Assembly (NCBI RefSeq): GCF_036321535.1
Contig: NC_087437.1
Coordinates: 34,226,001-34,290,000 of the forward strand
DNA length: 64,000 nt
Origin: Camelus dromedarius
Taxonomy: Eukaryota
Direction of reading: 5' to 3'
In this document: positions 58,445-64,000 of the stretch, piece by piece
How the letters are laid out: each line of letters starts with the position of its first letter
Position numbering within the stretch: the first letter of the stretch is position 1
The notes under the pieces: generated by a model
Database searches by the model: none
Seen by the model: only the letters and a program-made list of their open reading frames with translations
Told to the model about the DNA's origin: nothing
Program-made: the position numbers and the translations under genes

Positions 58445-58875
58445 TGTCTTATAAATGAGCCAAAGATGGCTTCTGTATTTTGACCTCTAGGTTGTTTATT
58501 TCTTAATAGCAGGCTGGAACCTCAAAAGCCCATGGACGCTAAACTCAAATTTGTACACATCCGATTGTTTCAACATAGCTCAAGTAAGCAGGATTTTAGC
58601 TATGTAGACCTTGCCTGCTTGCCCTGTGAACCTGCACCCAGCATTTGCTGGCCATAAATAAGATAAACTCTGTGGATATAAAAGACCCCAAGCCACCACT
58701 GTTCTTCACAGCTCTCTGACCCAGAGACTCCCAATACACGTAAGGCCCCTTTTCAGTTCCCCTTTCTAATGGGCATTCCCTCGTCCGCCTCCCCTTCTGG
58801 GTAGTGGCTTGTGGATACTCTCATTCTGTGAGAGACTTTTCCCTCCTGAAAAATCTGTCAAAGTGTCATCAATAT
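58445..58875 (+). mobile_element. old ERV1-class LTR fragment (MER90-like)
   Basis: AAATGAGCCAAAGATGGC..CTAAACTCAAATT..GATAAAC..TATAAAAGACCCCAAGCC..CTCTGACCCAGAGACTCCC; TATA-like box in an LTR-like position. Confidence 0.55.
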
Positions 58876-59109
58876 TATAAGAAAACAGTCTGAGAAAAAG
58901 ATATTTGCAGCACTATGACTCAAGGTTTTAATATCTATGTCTACACATAGCTTGTGTAAGTAAGCAAGAAACAGTTAAGACCCCACTGAAGAGTAAGGGG
59001 TCGTATCAGACCAGCCAAATCATTAAAATGAAAATAACTTAATCATCATGAGGAACTCATGAAAGAAATAAAAATTAAAACAGGATACAGTTTGGGGTAA
59101 TTCTTTTTG

Positions 59110-60340
59110 TTTTTCAAAATTTTAGTTGGACGGTTTCAAATTTATAGAAAAGTGGACAGAAGAGAATCATGAACAACCCAACGTCTCGATTCAGCATTTG
59201 TCCGCATTTCACAGCTTACTCATCTTTCTCTCAGCACACATACACACAGCGCCCACTCTTTTTCTTTCTGCAGAACCACTGGAAAGTAAGTTGCAGTTAG
59301 CCTGACATTTCATCCCTAAATATTTCCACATGTATCTTACACAGGACACTTTTTTTCTATATAAACAAAGCAACATCATCACACTTCCGAAAACTAATTT
59401 TTAAGGATTAAAAGTTTTTTCAATTATGGCAAAGAACATGTAACATAAAATTTGCCATCTTAGCCATTTCAAAGTGTAGGGTTCAGTAGTTGTAAGTACA
59501 TGCACATTGTTGTGTTACAGCTCTCCAGAACGTTTCCATCTTGATGGAAGTTTCCATCTTGGAAACTGAAACTCCATACTCATGAAACAACTCCCATTTC
59601 CCTTCCCCCCAGAAAGTTAATTTTAATTCAATAGTTTATCTAATATACAGTTCCTATTCAAATTTCCCCAGTGGTCTTCCCAAGAAGTTTTCACAGCCAT
59701 CTCTTTAACTGCTATGTCTCCTTAGTCTCTTTTTTATTATGGAACAGTCTCCCTGCCCTATTTTGCTTTTCAAGACATTAATTTTCTTTAAGAGTCCAGC
59801 TGTCTTGTTGAAGTTCTCATGTTCTGATTACTCTGATTGTCTCTTTCTGATTACATTCAGATTAAATGCTTTTGACAAGAATGCCCCATAGGTAACATTA
59901 TGTACTTCTTACTGCATCGTATCAGGAAGAACAGAATCCTGGGTTTATGCTGGGGGGTTGACTATTTGTGGTACTAGCTTTGCTCATTTAGTTAAGGTTG
60001 TTGCCAGATCTCTCCTTTGTAAAATACCTTTCCCATTTGGAATTAATAAAATAATCTGTGGACATACTGTGAGACCATGTGAGTATTCTGTTCCCCACCA
60101 CCCTTTCATACAATCATTAAATCAGAGGTTACAAACTGAATTTATAATTTATTAGCTGGCATCCTACCGTAGAGAAAAGCTTTCCCTTCTTTTTCCCCTA
60201 CCTCTTTCTTATTCGTTTGTTATCATTACACTCCTGTACATTTTTGTATTCAATATATTATCACCCACTACAGCTGCTATTTCTTTTAATGCTTATATTG
60301 TCAGATTTGGCCTATGGACCCCTTCAAGATGTGCCTTTTT

Positions 60341-60371
<31 letters not shown>

Positions 60372-61200
60372 ACATGACCCGATTAGTGTTTCTTACTTTT
60401 TGACACAGCAGAATTTTCTAGCTTACCTTGTATCTTCTCTGCCCCTGACATGGACTCAGCCATTTTCCCAAGGAACACTGTTTCTTTTTAGAGGGGAATG
60501 GCATTCAGAAAGCAAGATCTGGGCTCTAGGTGTGCTCATTTCTGCAGGTGTGTCCTTGTTTCTAGGCCTTTTCAGTGCACATACTAGGAAACACACACAG
60601 GTTTATCTGATACCTCCAGTTCAAATCCAACAGCAGGGCGTTCCCTAGCGTTCCCTCACACCATGTTTTTGTGTCTCTCTTTATCCATAGTGAGAACTGT
60701 GGCTCCTCAGAACATTAATATGTTCATTAGTTTGATCTGTCCCATAGCACACACAGAATTGTTTCAGAATTACACAACCAATACCATTTCTTTGCCATTC
60801 TTTTTGTTCTTAGAATATGCCTCATTAAGAATATGCAGTCACAGTGCTGTGCTCAAAAGTTATTTTGAATTTACCTTTTCTTTCCCAAGTTACCAATCTG
60901 ATACATAGTTAGAGCCATTTGTTTCTATTTTTTTTAACCTTAGGTTTGTTTATTACACCCTGAAGTTTATTTTTTGCATATGTTAAACACTTAGGAAGTT
61001 TAAACTATAGGAAAAGGTATATTCAGACAAATCTTATTCCCATCCTTTTCACCTCTACTCCATTTACTCTTATACCCCAGAAGGAATAATTCTAAATAAT
61101 TTCTGGCTAGTTCGACTGTGTTTTTTTTTTTTAAAATACACCTGCATATATATTTTTTCATGTATATATGAAGTAACTCCATAGAGAGGCATACGATCTT
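59110..61200 (-). mobile_element. old L1MC-type 3' region with a nested L1MB-like piece (~59410-59610)
   Basis: TTTCAAATTTATAGAAAAGT..GAAAGTAAGTTGCAG..CCCTAAATATTTC..CAGCCATTTTCCCAAGGA..AAGATCTGGGCTCTAGGTGTGCTCATT; nested ACATAAAATTTGCCATCTTAGCCATTT..GAAACTGAAACTCCATAC. Confidence 0.75.
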
Positions 61201-61359
61201 CCTCATACTAGACATTGTGCTCTAGGACCAAAGAGAATGTGAAGATGAATGACACACAAACTGTGGGAGGGCAAGGAATTGTGAGGAAAAGATTTAACAT
61301 GTATAGCTGAAAAAAAAAAAAATGAAAACTGTCTGATAAGATAGATGGCCTTGTAAAAA

Positions 61360-61880
61360 TTCAGAAAAGTCTTTCCAGAAGAAAGAAGCGGTCAACTGTA
61401 CCCAGTGTGGCTGAAGTCCAGGAAGATGAGGGTGAAGAACAGACCAAGATGGAGTCATTGGTGACTGGGGCCACAGTGGTTTCAGAGGGCGATGGGGACG
61501 AAAGACTAATTTGATTGGAGAGGGACTGGGATGGGGAGGTGAGAAAGTGAGACATCAGTACAGACATCACTTCTGAGGGGCACTTCAACAAAGCAGAGCA
61601 GAGAAATGGAGCTATGTCTAGAGCTAAACTTGATGCAAAGGAAATTTTTTTGGTTTTTGTTTTGTTTTGTTTTTGACATGAGAGATACTGTAGCATGCTT
61701 GGAACCTGATGGTGGTGCTCCCACACAGAGGGGAGAAATCATGGTGTGGGAGAGAAAAAAGACAATTGCAAGAGCAAAGTCTTTGAATATCCAGGAGGAG
61801 GCAGGATCTAGTGCACAAATGGACCAGCATTGAGTAGAGGCTTAATAAAGATGGTGAGTGATGGATTCTTTCCTCAAGAT
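61360..61880 (-). mobile_element. LINE-2 fragment
   Basis: GAAGCGGTCAACTG..GAAGATGAGG..GTCATTGGTGAC..CAGTGGTTTCAG..ATGAGAGATACTGTAGCATG. Confidence 0.65.
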
Positions 61881-62419
61881 GATCAAGTCCAAGGATGGGA
61901 GACAGGTGAGTGAAGCACTCACCAGCGCACAAACACCACCACACGAACACCACCACACGAACTTCATGAAAGTGCAAGAACTTTGAGGAAGAAGCAGCAC
62001 ATTCTCAACAGTGAGGCTTCCCAAAGCAGGTGGCATCTTTCAAAGATGAGGAACTGAAGTGAAGGATTCTGAGAGAGACAAGGGCTATCACTCCAGTCTG
62101 AGGAAACACTCAACAAAAACAAGGAGAGACAAATTTGCACTCTCACTTTGTAAGATTCATTTTCATTATAGCCCACATCATAAACATCATACACAAATAG
62201 GGCTTTCTCCTAAATAATTGGGGCTACAGTTTATTATTAGCACTCTTCATCAATAGCTCCAAGAGGAAGACCATGGTTTCTGTTCCTGTCTCTGAATATG
62301 TCACTGGCGGCCCCGGAGAATTTAGTGTGGAAACTTCTTCTTGCCTCCCTCATACACAAGCCCTGGACCACACTACATACAGGGGATGCTCTCATCCACC
62401 AGACTCCTCCACTGACTAG

Positions 62420-62820
62420 TGGAAAGAAACAAGCAGATTACTTAAACTTTTCAAAGTCTCAATTTCCTCATCTGCAAAGTAGGGGTGGTAAAACCTAGCT
62501 TTTAGAGCTTTGTGAGGATTCAAGTAGACAATATAGGTAAGATGACTACTCCATTCGTAGAACAGAATATATGCTCAATAAATGGCTAGCTATTTTTGGT
62601 ACTAATCACATTGATAGTTACCACGTATCAGATGCTTATCGTGTCCAGTACGGCTCTAAGTGCTTCATAGGTATTAATTCAGTGAATATCCATCTCATCT
62701 TACGAAGCAGCGTTATCATCGCCTCTGGTTTCACAAATGAGAACACTAAGGTGAGCACATAGCAGAGCTAGGATGTGAGATGAGGCAGGCTGGCCACAGT
62801 CCCGCTTCCCATCTGCTAAG
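62420..62820. mobile_element. two MIR SINEs, tail to tail
   Basis: Sense TTACTTAA..TCTCAATTTCCTCATCTGCAAA..TGTGAGGATT..GCTCAATAAATGG, then antisense CTAAGTGCTT..TTTCACAAATGAGAACACTAAGG. Confidence 0.7.
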
Positions 62821-63109
62821 CCACATTGACTCTCTGATAGTGAGTGGAAGCACACCAGGTCCGGGACCAGCTCCGTCTGTTATCTCAGATCCATTTCCCT
62901 TATTAACAAGGAATCCAGGAAGTCAGACAGTGAAGTTAGAAATTGTTACATCCGCCACCACCAAGGGAGCTGGCGAGAGGCTTGAAAAATGATCCACGCG
63001 TTTTATTGACATACTTTCGTTGGACCAAATTTCCTTCATTCACCAGTTATTACCTTATAATAAAATGCAACTGACTTGTCTCATTTTGCAGTTAAAAATG
63101 TACCATTAT

Positions 63110-63560
63110 TCATAAGTAGGCAGAAATGTCTAGGAATGCATACAACTAAAACACTTGTACAAGCCTGCAAAGACATCTGAACAAAAATATTTGTTACAAT
63201 GCTTTTTATAATACTGAAATATTAGAAACAATCCAAATATCCTTTGGTAGGAGTTTAGTTTAAGTGTAGTATATCCATTCAACACTGTACAGCTCTAAAT
63301 AAAAATGAGATGGATTTAAAGATAAGAAAAAATTCTCATATGGAATGTTAAGTTAAAAAGCAAGATGCAGAACTCTGTATCTTAATTTTATTCTACTTCT
63401 GAAAACTAACGCAAATATTAATATATGCATAGGAAAAATAATTATTATCTAGAGAAATAATCAACAAATCCTTAACAGTCATTGTGTGGAAGGAATAACA
63501 GGCGGCTTTGACTTCCTAAATTATACGTTTCTGGATTGTTTGAATTACTTACAAGCAGCT
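63110..63560 (+). mobile_element. old L1ME-type 3' fragment
   Basis: ACAAAAATATTTGTTACAATGC..GAAACAATCCAAATATCC..TATATCCAT..AAAAAGCAAGATGCAGAAC. Confidence 0.65.
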
Positions 63561-64000
63561 ATTCACTTTTGATATCAGAAGACAACAATGGGTTGTTTAA
63601 GTCAGAAACGGAGCAGGGAATGCTACAGCCTGAGCAGGGTTCTAATCCTCCAGTCTGTTAACTGCTGCCTCATTTCCTGGCAGCAGTTTTATGACTAGCT
63701 GGCTCTCAGCTCATTCTCCTGCCAACAGGACATTGGCGAGCAGAGACATCAGAAGTCTTCCTTGAGAGAACTCTCACAAAAGCATAAGAGGCATTCAACT
63801 TGGAAATACGGCCAAAGGGAAAAATCCATAAAAAAACAACCATCCCCCGAGTCTCTATCCATGGTAGGAAATGTGGCCATTAAGCCAATGAAAGGAATTA
63901 GGATCGTTACGAAATCGCACTGGTTTGGCTGTGGAAAAAACAGGAGACATTAAGTGCAATTCATCTTTAGAGAACTCACTTCCCATCAGGCTCGGAACCT

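Overview
Non-coding mammalian genomic DNA, intergenic or deep intronic, and almost certainly from a camelid (camel, alpaca or llama). The evidence is nine copies of a tRNA-Ala-derived SINE with an AAAT-repeat/AAACCTAATTA-C-rich tail matching Vic-1, plus artiodactyl-type L1 3' ends. I found no host protein-coding exon; the ORF track is noise or transposon remnants. Roughly half the window is interspersed repeats (MIR, L2, old and young L1, MaLR/ERV1/ERVL LTRs, hAT DNA transposons). Highlights: (1) a decayed ~2.5 kb class III (ERV-L-like) pol fragment at 7085-9570, followed by ~1 kb of unexplained coding-like sequence; (2) a tailless 33-nt U2 snRNA retrocopy with a perfect 18-bp target-site duplication; (3) a MER41-like solo LTR with altered STAT/GAS sites; (4) a repeat-poor block at ~28.4-33.7 kb with an SRF/YY1-TEAD-AP-1-RUNX motif cluster, TAAT-rich segments and a G-quadruplex-type GC-box array; (5) two same-orientation Zaphod/MER115-type hAT ends. 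I found no convincingly novel biological system. Repeat family names come from recalled consensus sequences rather than a database search, and boundaries without TSDs are approximate.
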